Positions 31,567 through 40,986 of a stretch of DNA of 64,000 nt are shown here, piece by piece (position 1 is the first letter of the stretch; every line of letters starts with the position of its first letter). This stretch comes from Acidobacteriota bacterium (lineage in GTDB: Bacteria; Acidobacteriota; UBA6911; JACQSX01). Under the pieces are notes generated by a model that was not told the origin of the DNA, did not search any database, and saw nothing but the letters and a program-made list of their open reading frames with translations. A program made the translations under genes and the position numbers. The stretch lies in the NCBI GenBank assembly GCA_036507075.1, contig DASXQR010000003.1, positions 32,001 to 96,000 of the forward strand, written 5' to 3'.

Positions 31567-31888
31567 GCTGGTATTTCTGCTGTTTTTAACCGCTGTTCTG
31601 GCGGTTCATTCGGGCCTGGCTCTGAGGACGGAATTGGCAGGTTTCCGCCTCTACCAGGCCACTCTCTCGCCTGTTTTTGCGAAGACGGGAGTGATCCACT
31701 GTCGTTTTCAGCCGACCTGTTCGGCTTACGCCGACCGTGTGCTCAGAGCCAACGGTTTCTACAAGGGAAACGTCGAAATCGCGCGACGACTGGCAGCCTG
31801 TTCCCCAGCCGGTTATCTTTACGAAAAAATCACCACAAAGGCACAAAGGACACAAAGAATATTCGTGTTCTTCGTGCCTTTGTGGTGA
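31550..31888 (+). CDS. yidD: Membrane protein insertion efficiency factor YidD-like
   Basis: YQATLSP..CRFQPTCSAY..RRLAACSP; C-terminus derives from a repeat. Confidence 0.75.
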   Translation: MRTSFKLVFLLFLTAVLAVHSGLALRTELAGFRLYQATLSPVFAKTGVIHCRFQPTCSAYADRVLRANGFYKGNVEIARRLAACSPAGYLYEKITTKAQRTQRIFVFFVPLW

Positions 31889-31891
31889 TTT
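31826..31891. repeat. 9-mer palindrome inside the yidD 3' end
   Basis: AAATCACCACAAAGGCAC..GTGCCTTTGTGGTGATTT. Confidence 0.85.
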
Positions 31892-32094
31892 TCCCCCTTT
31901 CTAAGGACAAGGCCTCGTCGCTCCTCTCGGAACGTCAAAAAACTGTCGCTTCTGACGCTTCGAAATACTTCTTTTCTAAGAAGTTACAGGGCTCACAGAA
32001 CCCATCAACTATAATTTTTTGCTGTAAACCGGTTTGAGCTCTGTGCGTCTATACAGCACGTTGAGTGTTTGTTGAGCAATAGGAGGTTGCTGAC

Positions 32095-34044
32095 ATGCCT
32101 TCCAAATCAAAATTTACCGTCCTTCTGGTAATCATTTGTGCCGTCCTGTGGCTGACTGTGGAAGCTTTGCCGCGCGAGGGACGATCTACCGATGAGCGCC
32201 CTGTGACGAATGTGAACGTGGCGGATTGCAGTTACTATCCTGGGCACGAGCGATTGTATGTAGCCAATCCGAAGAAGGAACGGGAAGAGATCGCTTTCAG
32301 GCTGCGCCAGGTGTCCTCTTCGCTGCCGCAAACGGGCTCCTTTTCTGCGCCGGCGCCCAAGAATTACATCGATACCTGGGTTTTCGACAAGATGGCCCGC
32401 GATAATGTCAGCTCGGCTAATCTCACCGGCGATGCTGAGTTTCTGCGACGCGTCTACCTGGATGCCACCGGTCGCATTCCCACGCAGGAAGCCCTGATCA
32501 ATTTCTTGAACGACACAACGGGCGATAAGCGCGAGAAGATGGTCGACTCGCTTTTGGGCACCCCCGAATATGCCGATCGCTGGGCCAATTTTTTTGGAGA
32601 TTTGATCCAGGTCGTGATCAACTCCACGCAGATCAACCTCTATCCGGAAGCACGCAACGCTTTTCATAATTTCATCCGCACCTCTATTGGTGAGAACAAA
32701 CCTTACGACCAGTTTGCGCGCGAGCTTATCAATGGCTCCGGAGTCAACCGCACCAACGGCGCGGCCAATTTCTTTGTCCGCTGGCGGCAGCAGAATGCGG
32801 GGCGCGTGCTGCAGGATACTTATGACAACCTTGCAGCGGCAGTAGGCAAGGATTTTCTGGGGATGAGTCTGGAGTGCATCTCCTGCCACGACGGCGCGGG
32901 ACATACCAACACGATTAACCTCTACCTGTCCGATGAGACCCGCTACGACCTGTGGGAACTGGCTGCCTTCTTTTCCAAGACTGAAATGGCCAGCCCCTAT
33001 GTGGTAGGGAACCAGGTGGTAGGCTACACGGTTCAGGATCGAAACACCCTTCCCGGCTATATCCTGAACACCACCACCGGCAACAAAACGCCGCGCGTGG
33101 GCACCACTCCGAATGAAATTGTGCCTGCAAGATATCTGGTGGACAGCTCACCCAATGACAACAAAGGCCCGAATGCGGGCGAAAGCAATCGTGCCGCCCT
33201 GGCGCGCATGGTGACCGCCGACCACCAGTTTGCGCGGGCCACGGTGAATTATCTCTGGAAGGAATTGTTCGGGCTGGGAATCGTGGAGCCCGCCGAGAAC
33301 TTTGACTTGAAGCGGATCAGCGCCAAGACCGAGCTTCCTGAGGGGTGGACCTTGCAGGCCACCCATCCGGAATTGCTCGAGGCATTGGCAAACGATTTTG
33401 AAGCTCACAAGTATGACCTCAAATACATGATCGGCACGATCATGAAATCGGCGGCTTATCAACTTTCTTCTTCTTATTCGGGGGAATGGTCGGACGCGTA
33501 CATTCCCTATTTTGCGCGCAAGTTCCCGCGCCGGCTCAAAGGAGAAGAGATTCACGACATCGTCGTTCAGGCCACTAACGTGCCGCCTAATCCTGCCTAC
33601 CAGGTGCCGGCCGCCTATGCCGCTCCGGGGACTCAGGGCACATTTGTGACCTACAGTTGGGCCATGCAGTTGCCCGACCCGACTGAGCCTCGGACGGCTG
33701 CCAGGGTCTTCATGGATGCCTTCGTCCGCGGGAATCGAGATGATCGTCCGCGCTCGGACGAGGGCTCGATCACTCAGGCTCTAACGCTGTTGAACAACAC
33801 CTTTGTTACCACCCGCGTGAGGTCGTCGAATGCAAACAGCACCGTGGGGAAGTTGTTTGCCAACAAAAGCCTCACGCCTTCGGATGCAGTCAACCAGCTT
33901 TATCTGACAACGCTGTCCCGTTATCCGACTGCGACTGAACTGAGCACAGCGATTGCGTATCTGGGAGCCCAGATCACCAGTTCAAAGTTGGAGGACTTGC
34001 AATTCGCGCTGGTCAACAAGGTGGACTTTATTTTCAACTACTGA
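32095..34044 (+). CDS. DUF1549/DUF1553 (PSCyt2/PSD1) protein
   Basis: NYIDTWV, DAEFLRRVYLDATGRIPT, NKPYDQFARELI, CISCHD, THPELLEALA. Confidence 0.9.
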   Translation: MPSKSKFTVLLVIICAVLWLTVEALPREGRSTDERPVTNVNVADCSYYPGHERLYVANPKKEREEIAFRLRQVSSSLPQTGSFSAPAPKNYIDTWVFDKMARDNVSSANLTGDAEFLRRVYLDATGRIPTQEALINFLNDTTGDKREKMVDSLLGTPEYADRWANFFGDLIQVVINSTQINLYPEARNAFHNFIRTSIGENKPYDQFARELINGSGVNRTNGAANFFVRWRQQNAGRVLQDTYDNLAAAVGKDFLGMSLECISCHDGAGHTNTINLYLSDETRYDLWELAAFFSKTEMASPYVVGNQVVGYTVQDRNTLPGYILNTTTGNKTPRVGTTPNEIVPARYLVDSSPNDNKGPNAGESNRAALARMVTADHQFARATVNYLWKELFGLGIVEPAENFDLKRISAKTELPEGWTLQATHPELLEALANDFEAHKYDLKYMIGTIMKSAAYQLSSSYSGEWSDAYIPYFARKFPRRLKGEEIHDIVVQATNVPPNPAYQVPAAYAAPGTQGTFVTYSWAMQLPDPTEPRTAARVFMDAFVRGNRDDRPRSDEGSITQALTLLNNTFVTTRVRSSNANSTVGKLFANKSLTPSDAVNQLYLTTLSRYPTATELSTAIAYLGAQITSSKLEDLQFALVNKVDFIFNY

Positions 34045-34081
34045 AGATTCGATGGCAGACGTAACAGCCAGGAGAAATGTC

Positions 34082-35539
34082 ATGAGCAAACGAAATTGTC
34101 GGTGCACTGGAGAACACAGCCGGGAACTGCAGTTCGTCTCCGGGCCGGGTTTCAGCCGGCGGCAGTTTTTCCGGGTCGCCGGGACAGGACTGACAGGGTA
34201 CTACTTTGCACGCGTCGCACGCCCGATTGACGTCCTTGCACAGTCCAAGGTCGAAACGGCAAACACGGCAAAGAACTGCATCTTTGTTTTTCTGGCCGGA
34301 GCACCGAGCCATGTCGATATGTTCGATTATAAGGAAGACGCCGACGTGATGCGTCCCGTCGATGTGGGAGCGAGCATGGGACCGGAAACGTTCAACGGCA
34401 TTCGGATGCCGCGCAGACTTCTTCCCGGTCTTTCCGATCAGCTCGGAGATCTGCTGATTGTCCGGTCGGTACTGGCCAAGGCCCTGGTGCACCAACTGGC
34501 GCAAACCTGGGCGCAGATCGGGCGAAACCCGACCGGCGCGCTGGGCAACATCAGCCCTAACATCGGCGCGGTGGTCGCTTTGGAAAAAGAGGCGACTCGA
34601 AAGCCGACCGACGTGATGCCCGGATTTGTTGCGATCAACGCCGGCAACATCCCCGGAGCCGGCTACCTGTCATCGCGGTACGCCCCGTTTCAGGTGCAGC
34701 CGAGTCCCGCCGGACTGGCGGGCCTTACGCATCCGGACGGGAAGACCCGCTTTGACAGCCGTTGGAAGCTGATCCAGGATCTGGATTCCAAATTGAGGAT
34801 CGACTCGCCCTACGGCAAAAGCGTTGAGGACATGGGCGAATTTTACGATTCCGCCCTGCAGTTGATGGGCAGCCCGGAAGTGAACGCCGCTTTCCAGTAC
34901 ACCACCGATGAGCAGACTCGATACGGCGGTGCCAGTTCGAGCTTCGGCGGAGCGTGCATCGTAGCGCGGAATGTCCTGAAAATGAACAACGGCACGCGTT
35001 TCATCACCATTAATTCGAACGGTTGGGACATGCACAGCAATATCTACACCGGGAACGGAAGCCTGTTTACGCTGGCGCCGCAGATCGATACCGGTCTGAC
35101 GCAGTTGATCAAAGACCTGAAAGCGACTGCTTCGCCCGAGACTCCCGGCAAAACCCTGTTCGACGAGACCTTGATTGTATTGCAAGGCGAATTCGGCCGC
35201 ACGCCGGTTTACAACGGTCAGGGCGGACGCGATCATTTTCTGCGTCAGTTTTCGGTATTTGCCGGAGGCGGTGCTGCGGGCGCAAAGGTGCTCGGCGCCA
35301 CCGACAAGACCGGAAATGCGGCCGTGGATTTTGGTTGGCATGCCAACCGGGACATTCGCAACGAAGACATTTTTGCCAGCATCTACAGCGCGCTTGGAAT
35401 CGATTACACCACCGTGCGCTACGATGATCCGCTGGGACGCGGATTCGAGTATGTTCCGTTCGCCAAGGACGGCGTATACGAACCGGTGACTGAGATTTTC
35501 AAGACGAAGTCGAGCTCACGCACGCGTCGAGTCATCTGA
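34082..35539 (+). CDS. DUF1501 protein with Tat-like signal (alternative start 34052)
   Basis: SRRQFF, CIFVFLAGAPSHVDMFD, GWDMH, GEFGRTP, GRDH. Confidence 0.9.
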   Translation: MSKRNCRCTGEHSRELQFVSGPGFSRRQFFRVAGTGLTGYYFARVARPIDVLAQSKVETANTAKNCIFVFLAGAPSHVDMFDYKEDADVMRPVDVGASMGPETFNGIRMPRRLLPGLSDQLGDLLIVRSVLAKALVHQLAQTWAQIGRNPTGALGNISPNIGAVVALEKEATRKPTDVMPGFVAINAGNIPGAGYLSSRYAPFQVQPSPAGLAGLTHPDGKTRFDSRWKLIQDLDSKLRIDSPYGKSVEDMGEFYDSALQLMGSPEVNAAFQYTTDEQTRYGGASSSFGGACIVARNVLKMNNGTRFITINSNGWDMHSNIYTGNGSLFTLAPQIDTGLTQLIKDLKATASPETPGKTLFDETLIVLQGEFGRTPVYNGQGGRDHFLRQFSVFAGGGAAGAKVLGATDKTGNAAVDFGWHANRDIRNEDIFASIYSALGIDYTTVRYDDPLGRGFEYVPFAKDGVYEPVTEIFKTKSSSRTRRVI

Positions 35540-35545
35540 AAACCA

Positions 35546-35686
35546 GCCGCCGATTTACACGAATTGGACACGGATAGAAATAGGCCGCCGATTTACGCAA
35601 ATTGCGCTGATTGATACTCTTCCGTGTTAATTCGTGTAAATCGGCGGCCTGCTTCTATCCCTCTCAATTCGTGTAAATCAGCGGTC
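35546..35686. repeat. Doubled 9/10-mer palindrome (GCCGCCGATTTACACGAATT..AATTCGTGTAAATCGGCGGC)
   Basis: Two left and two right arms between convergent genes. Confidence 0.8.
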
Positions 35687-36061
35687 CCTACTGGCGACCG
35701 CCGTGTCTGTGACGTTGTAAACCTTCGACTCCCCTTTGAACCAGATTTTGGAGAGAACCCGGGCTGTGCCTGCAAATGTGTACGCCTGGCCGTTGCTCGA
35801 CTGTTTGGGTGACTGCTCTTCGGAGAGGGACAGGTCCACGTTTTTTCCCGACTCTGAAGTCAGGTGCAGCACCAGCTTGTTTCCCGGTTGTTCTCGTTCC
35901 ACTTTCACTTTGTAATCTCCCGACGGAATCACGGTGGTTCCAACCTGTGAATCCCGCGACAAGTGAATTCTGATCTGTCCGGTCTTAGATTCCGGTTCGG
36001 CTGCCGGCAGAACTGAAAGCGCGGCAAAACCCATTATTAAGATGGAAAGCAGCTTTTTCAT
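35678..36061 (-). CDS. Small secreted beta-rich hypothetical protein
   Basis: AAGGAGG RBS, MKKLL signal peptide, VGTTVIPSGDYKV. Confidence 0.7.
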   Translation of the reverse strand: MKKLLSILIMGFAALSVLPAAEPESKTGQIRIHLSRDSQVGTTVIPSGDYKVKVEREQPGNKLVLHLTSESGKNVDLSLSEEQSPKQSSNGQAYTFAGTARVLSKIWFKGESKVYNVTDTAVASRDR

Positions 36062-36114
36062 GATCTCCTCCTTGGGCCGGACAATCCGGCTCTGAAGTTT
36101 GGACATTTTTGAGA

Positions 36115-36205
36115 GTGGAGAGACGGCTCGATGGCCGTCTCGGGGGAAGTCGAGGGCAGGGCAATCCCGCGACATTCCCTGAGACGTCCCTCAGGACGTC
36201 TCTCC
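36115..36205. repeat. REPIN-like doublet GTGGAGAGACGGC..GCCGTCTC; homologous inverted copy at 56853-56943
   Basis: Arms and spacer align with the reverse complement of 56853-56943. Confidence 0.8.
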
Positions 36206-36277
36206 GCGTGGCGAAGCCGCGCATTGAGACGGCATTCAGCCGTCAATTGTTTTTCGCTACGCTTCACGTTGGCACTG

Positions 36278-36297
36278 TTAACCGACCAGTCGGTTAA
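36278..36297. promoter_or_regulatory. Palindromic operator candidate (TetR type)
   Basis: TTAACCGAC-CA-GTCGGTTAA, perfect 9-bp arms upstream of the small secreted protein. Confidence 0.55.
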
Positions 36298-36320
36298 ATA
36301 ATTGTCGCAAAAAAAAACAC

Positions 36321-36923
36321 TTACGGCTTGAGCACGAAATCGAGAGTTGTCTGAATAGCATCGCGTTTGAATTTTTCGAATGGGCCGCCCTCGTAGAGCC
36401 ATCGGATCGACAGCCCGTCCACCAGTGCCCGAATTCCCGATGCCGTTCTCTCCGGCGACTGCCTGCGAAAGCTGCCTTCGGTAATTCCACGGGTCACAAT
36501 TCCGGTTTCCAGGCACCAGCAACGGTGGTAAAAGTTCCGGGCCAGTTCGGCATATCGCGGATCTCGCGTTGCCAGACCCAGAAAATCGAGGTACGCGCGG
36601 TAGAAGGCCCCGTTCCTTTCGGCGCTGATGAAAATACAATCGAGCACGGCGCGCAACTGATCGGCCGCTTTTTTCTTGCTTCGGATCGCTTCTTCCACCC
36701 GCTGGCCGATGCCTGATATCAGCCACTCGAATACGGCCAGAAACAGGTCTTCTTTCGATTTAAAGTAATAAAGTGTGGTCCCCTTGCTGACGCCTGCGCG
36801 GCTGGCGACATCCTGTAGTGTGACAGCCGAAAAGCCTTTTTCAGCCACCTCGGCATAGGTTGCCGTAATCAACTCCTGTCTGCGTCGGGCTTCGTCTTCG
36901 GCGTAGGCAATTCGGGCAACCAT
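36321..36923 (-). CDS. TetR/AcrR family transcriptional regulator (BetI-type C-terminus)
   Basis: RRQELITAT..GFSAVTLQDVASRAGVSKGTTLYYFKSKEDL. Confidence 0.93.
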   Translation of the reverse strand: MVARIAYAEDEARRRQELITATYAEVAEKGFSAVTLQDVASRAGVSKGTTLYYFKSKEDLFLAVFEWLISGIGQRVEEAIRSKKKAADQLRAVLDCIFISAERNGAFYRAYLDFLGLATRDPRYAELARNFYHRCWCLETGIVTRGITEGSFRRQSPERTASGIRALVDGLSIRWLYEGGPFEKFKRDAIQTTLDFVLKP

Positions 36924-36986
36924 AAATCCTTTACAATGCAAAACTCTGCGAAAGTCGTACGATCCTGCACTATGAAAGTCTGGAAG

Positions 36987-37033
36987 CTTGGTGCCTTGGT
37001 GGTAGAAAAAACTGAACCACCAAGACACCAAGC
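36987..37033. repeat. Back-to-back 9-mer arms (CTTGGTGCCTTGGTGGT..ACCACCAAGACACCAAG)
   Basis: Inverted arms in the tetR leader. Confidence 0.6.
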
Positions 37034-37114
37034 GAGACTTTCCTCTCGGGTACCGGGCCACTGCAGAGCGTAAGCCTGTCAGTTTGCGATGTTGAAACCG
37101 TCAGTCCTTCGCAA

Positions 37115-37162
37115 TATCTGACTGAACGGTCAGATAATAAGCTGCTTTCGGAATCCGGTCAA
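37115..37162 (-). promoter_or_regulatory. sigma70 promoter of tetR overlapped by a palindromic operator
   Basis: Minus strand TTGACC-N17-TATTAT; TATCTGAC-N6-GTCAGATA palindrome at 37115-37136. Confidence 0.6.
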
Positions 37163-37171
37163 CAGGAAAAA

Positions 37172-37489
37172 TCACTGAATCCTTTCCGAGGAGGTCTTCA
37201 AAGCATCCAGGTCGCCGCCTGCATCCCCAATTTGCCGCTGCATCTCGGCGTGCCAGTTGTCGATCAACTGAATCAGTTCTCTCAAATTCCCGTAGTAGAG
37301 CGGCTCGCGGGTAGTCTCACGATGCCCTTTCTCATCGTTGCGGGGAATCACAGGCGGGTTGCATTCGGCGCAAAAACTGAGGTACTGCAAGAGAAGATTC
37401 AAGACACCGGCAGGAATGGAAAGATGAATCGGAGTTTTGGCCAGTTCCTCCAGCTTTTGTTTCTCTTCATCGTTCGGTTCGTTTGGCAT
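37172..37489 (-). CDS. Hypothetical protein
   Basis: 105-aa ORF with AAGG RBS and protein-like composition; no family recognised. Confidence 0.55.
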   Translation of the reverse strand: MPNEPNDEEKQKLEELAKTPIHLSIPAGVLNLLLQYLSFCAECNPPVIPRNDEKGHRETTREPLYYGNLRELIQLIDNWHAEMQRQIGDAGGDLDALKTSSERIQ

Positions 37490-37508
37490 AGTTTACCTTG
37501 ATTAAGCG

Positions 37509-38028
37509 AAAAACCGTCTACGTCCACGTGCACGACTACGGCAACGTTCACGGCAACGTTCACGGCAACGTCCATGATTATGTCTCGCAGTCAGGCTCTG
37601 GCACCGATCAGTACCGCTGGGTGCCAGGGAACCGGACAGTGCAGACGTCAACGTTGGCGTACGTTGGCGTGGACGTCGACGTGGTCGTGTTACCGGATCG
37701 TGAAATGTGGTTTTTTTGACCAGATTCTCATGTGAAAGAATCGGACACGGATAGCGGCTTTGCCGCCAGCTCTTGCGGAAAGGCTTCGCCTTTCCGTCGA
37801 GAACCACTCCACAAAAATCCGAGGCTGTGCCTCGGAATTTGCGAGGCACAGCCTCGCACCGAAAAATAACAGACCAACGGAAAGGTGAAGCCTTTCCGCA
37901 AGAGCTGGCGGCAAAGCCGCGTGATTTTTTCCATCACCTTTGGTTATGGCCTTACGGCCACCGTGTGCACGTGAACGTGGACGGTTTTTTGTTTGACTGC
38001 GGCTTCGCCGTGTGTCCGTGGTGAAAAC
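37509..38028. repeat. Multi-level nested repeat: hexamer-period palindrome containing an insertion module with REPIN cargo, ending in a 9-mer arm
   Basis: Arms AAAACCGTCTACGTCCACG..CGTGAACGTGGACGGTTTT; cargo palindrome 37754-37920. Confidence 0.8.
37688..37965 (+). mobile_element. Non-autonomous insertion module (278 bp)
   Basis: Removing it restores CGTGGTCG|TGCACGTGAACG, which matches the opposite arm; ends GGTTATGGCC-TTAC-GGCCACCGTG. Confidence 0.65.
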
Positions 38029-38029
38029 T

Positions 38030-39730
38030 TCATCTAACGGCGCCCCGGAATTTTCCGCGCCGCATTTCCTCGGCAATAAAGTCAGCGGCCCGCGCCGCCA
38101 GCGCCATGATGGTTAACGTAGGGTTTTTCTCGGTCGAAGAAGTGAAACTGCTGCCGTCTACTACGAACAAATTGGCAATCTCATGGCTCTGATTGTTCTT
38201 GTTCAGCATGGAATTTCGGGGATCATTTCCCATGCGGCAGGTTCCGGCGTCATGGATGCTGTATCCCGGTGGTCTCGGCTCTCTGGCTTGCCGCACGATT
38301 TCGATGCCGGCAGCGCGGAACATTTCTTCCGCCGTGTCGATCATATCCTTTACCATCGCCTTCTCGTTGTCGCCCCAGGTGACGTGAAACTTAAGCACCG
38401 GAATTCCCCACTCGTCGGTCCGCGACTTGTCAATCTCCACATAATTATCCGCACGCGGCAGAACCTCCCCGAAAGCGGTCATGCCTGCCGTGGTGTTGTA
38501 CATCTCGCGCACCCTGGCTTTAAAATCGGCGCCGAATCCCTTGATGGACCGGGCATAACCCGGGAACTCTCCACCGCCGGCCTCGGTTTCAAACCCATAA
38601 CCGCGGATGAAATCTTTGCGCTGATCGGTGACGTTGCGAAATTTAGGCAGATAGGGCGGCGAACCATAGGGGCGGGCATCTGCGCTCACCGGCGCGGTCC
38701 CCTTCAACGAAGGGATGATGCCGCTGATGCTTCCTCCCATGATGTGCTCGCAGAAATACTTTCCCAGAACACTGCTGGAATTTCCAAGGCCCTGCGGGTA
38801 CCGTCGTGACGTGGAGTTCAACAGCAGGCGCGTGCTCTCCAGCGACGAGGCGCCCAGTACGACGACGCGCCCGCGGACCTGAAATTCACTCCGGGTTTCG
38901 CGGTCTATGAAACTGACTCCGGAGACATGATTTCCATTTTTTGAAAGCAGTACTTCGCGCACCATAGCATTGGGCCGAAGCGTAAACCGGCCCGTCTGTT
39001 CCGCCAGCGGAATCAAAACGCCCAGCGATGAAAATGAAGAACGCGTATCGCAGATGCGATCGCAGTGCCCGCAGAAATGACATCCCGGCCGGCCGCCGTG
39101 CGGCACGGTGGCAGTGGCGGAGCGCCCGTGAATCAGGTTTCGTCCCGAAAATTTTTCCACTCCCCTTTTCAGGATTTTTTCGCCGCAGGTCATCGGCACG
39201 GGCGGCAGGAAGAGGCTGTCCGGATTGTTGGGAAGCCCCTCATAAGTGCCGCAGATTCCAACCACAGATTCAACGTGGCGGTAGTAAGGCTCGATTTCGT
39301 CGTAGGTGAGCGGCCAGTTGATTCCATATCCATCCAGGCTGGCGCGGCGGAAATCGTCCGGGCTGAAGCGCAACGACACCAGTCCCCAATGCAGAGTCTT
39401 TCCGCCCACGGCGCGGGCGCGGACCCAAACAAAATTTGTTCCTTCCGCTTTCGTATATGGATTCTTTGTCTCATCGATGAAGGACTGTTTGCTCCATGGG
39501 TTGGCCGCATAACAGTACTTGGCCCGCTCCCGTGGTGAGAAAGATCCCCGAAAGGGAAAGTCCCACACCGGCCGGTGGTGATTAAAGTCTTCGATCTTGT
39601 GGTAAGGGCCGGCCTCGAGCATCAAGACTTCCAGGCCCCTCTCTGCCAGCTCTTTGGCCGCCATTCCGCCGGCCGCGCCCGAGCCGACCACGATGGCGTC
39701 GTAGGTCTTCTTTAGATCGAGTTGTTTCAT
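38030..39730 (-). CDS. GMC family oxidoreductase (large subunit)
   Basis: VVGSGAAGG FAD motif, CHFCGHCDRIC, HDAGTCRMG, NPTLTIMALA. Confidence 0.93.
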   Translation of the reverse strand: MKQLDLKKTYDAIVVGSGAAGGMAAKELAERGLEVLMLEAGPYHKIEDFNHHRPVWDFPFRGSFSPRERAKYCYAANPWSKQSFIDETKNPYTKAEGTNFVWVRARAVGGKTLHWGLVSLRFSPDDFRRASLDGYGINWPLTYDEIEPYYRHVESVVGICGTYEGLPNNPDSLFLPPVPMTCGEKILKRGVEKFSGRNLIHGRSATATVPHGGRPGCHFCGHCDRICDTRSSFSSLGVLIPLAEQTGRFTLRPNAMVREVLLSKNGNHVSGVSFIDRETRSEFQVRGRVVVLGASSLESTRLLLNSTSRRYPQGLGNSSSVLGKYFCEHIMGGSISGIIPSLKGTAPVSADARPYGSPPYLPKFRNVTDQRKDFIRGYGFETEAGGGEFPGYARSIKGFGADFKARVREMYNTTAGMTAFGEVLPRADNYVEIDKSRTDEWGIPVLKFHVTWGDNEKAMVKDMIDTAEEMFRAAGIEIVRQAREPRPPGYSIHDAGTCRMGNDPRNSMLNKNNQSHEIANLFVVDGSSFTSSTEKNPTLTIMALAARAADFIAEEMRRGKFRGAVR

Positions 39731-39772
39731 ACTTTTCACATTAGGCGCAAGAGTGCTGCCAAGGTACATTCA

Positions 39773-39872
39773 AATGCGGATTTCGGAATTCGGAATGCGG
39801 AATATACTTAACTTGAGTTGTCAAAGCCGAAGCCAACACCCTTGCCATTCCACATTCCGCATTCCCAAATCC
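39773..39872. repeat. Inverted GCGGAAT heptamer element
   Basis: Spacer homologous to the 12757 and 25667 copies. Confidence 0.8.
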
Positions 39873-39945
39873 ACACTCGTTAATACGCTGGCCAGTCTTT
39901 CTAGAAATGAAAGAAACGCCGACTTATTGTCAAATTACATTGAGC

Positions 39946-40542
39946 TCATCCATGCTCTTCATGCCGGCAGGCGGCTGGAAAAGCCGTGTTGAACGAATTA
40001 CCGGTGTAATTCAGCTCTTCCAGCAAGCCCGGTTCCGAAGTGTAGTAGCCGACGATTGTCAGTCCCTTGATTGAGTTGAAGAAGCGACGACCGGGCTCCA
40101 GATCCGGAGGCAGCGTGTCATTAAGATCGCTGATTTCCGCCAGCAGCGCGGCGCGTTGCTCTGTGCTCGCGCCAAGGAAATCGGTTTTTGTTCGCCGGCG
40201 CGCAAAATCATCGATCCAGGACAATCCCTGCAGGAAAGTATCTTTGGAGTCGGCTTCAGTAAGCACAGTGTCGATGTATTCGTTGACGCGCGCCTTCCTT
40301 GCTCCAGGAGTGGAAGTTTCCGGAATGATCATCTCCGCGATGGCCGCGACCAGTTCGTTTTGATGCGCGTTGAACACCTGTGGCTTCCACGATTCCGGTG
40401 ACTGTTGCAACCAGCGGTGAACATGCTCTCCGTATAAAGATGAGAAGGGCGGCATGAGGGAAGAGATTTCAAACAGGCCTACCATCACCGCCAGGCGCCT
40501 CAATGCCTCGCGCCTGGAGAATTCATCAATTTGTTCTGACAT
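39946..40542 (-). CDS. Gluconate 2-dehydrogenase subunit 3 family protein (Tat)
   Basis: SRREAL, AEMIIPETSTPGA, LTIVGYYTSEPG; upstream of the GMC gene. Confidence 0.88.
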   Translation of the reverse strand: MSEQIDEFSRREALRRLAVMVGLFEISSLMPPFSSLYGEHVHRWLQQSPESWKPQVFNAHQNELVAAIAEMIIPETSTPGARKARVNEYIDTVLTEADSKDTFLQGLSWIDDFARRRTKTDFLGASTEQRAALLAEISDLNDTLPPDLEPGRRFFNSIKGLTIVGYYTSEPGLLEELNYTGNSFNTAFPAACRHEEHG

Positions 40543-40609
40543 GAAGCGAAATTACTACGTGGCACCCGAACTGGCAACAGCAAATTGAGTGTGGCGATTG
40601 GTGACTCCT

Positions 40610-40947
40610 TCATTAGTCATCATTCATTCGTCATTAGTCATTGGTCATTTGGGAGACAGCAGAAGTCGAAAGTCGAAAGCGCACGTTCGCTACACCGTCA
40701 GTACCGCGACCGCAAGGGAGCGATACGCCGGATTGACAAATCGACCCGGATTGACAAATCGATACCCCGTGTCCTGTATGCAATGGTGGCACGGCACAGA
40801 GCGGCCATCAGGTTGTTAAGGGTCGCCGGGACGCCCACTCCGGCATATTGCTCCCTTGCGGTCGCGGTACTGATGACGCAGCGAGACCCTGGACTTTGAC
40901 TGGCCTTGGACTCCGGCGCAGACCAATGACTAATGACCAATGACCAA
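40610..40947. repeat. Three-layer nest: TTGGTCA/TGACCAA heptamer arms > AGTCGAA/GGACTTT arms > 35-bp REP inverted pair
   Basis: REP arms 40698-40732 and 40839-40873 (2 mismatches); internal 17-bp direct repeat CCGGATTGACAAATCGA. Confidence 0.8.
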
Positions 40948-40986
40948 CACCGAGCTATACTACCGTCACATTTGCCGAGGTGTGGT

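Noticed and set aside
37498..38076. Overlapping short ORFs (VHVHDY etc.)
   Set aside because: They arise from stop-poor hexamer and palindromic repeats.
39895..39935. Possible further module end (AAGAAACGCCGACTTATTG)
   Set aside because: Too diverged, with no partner end or reconstructable empty site.
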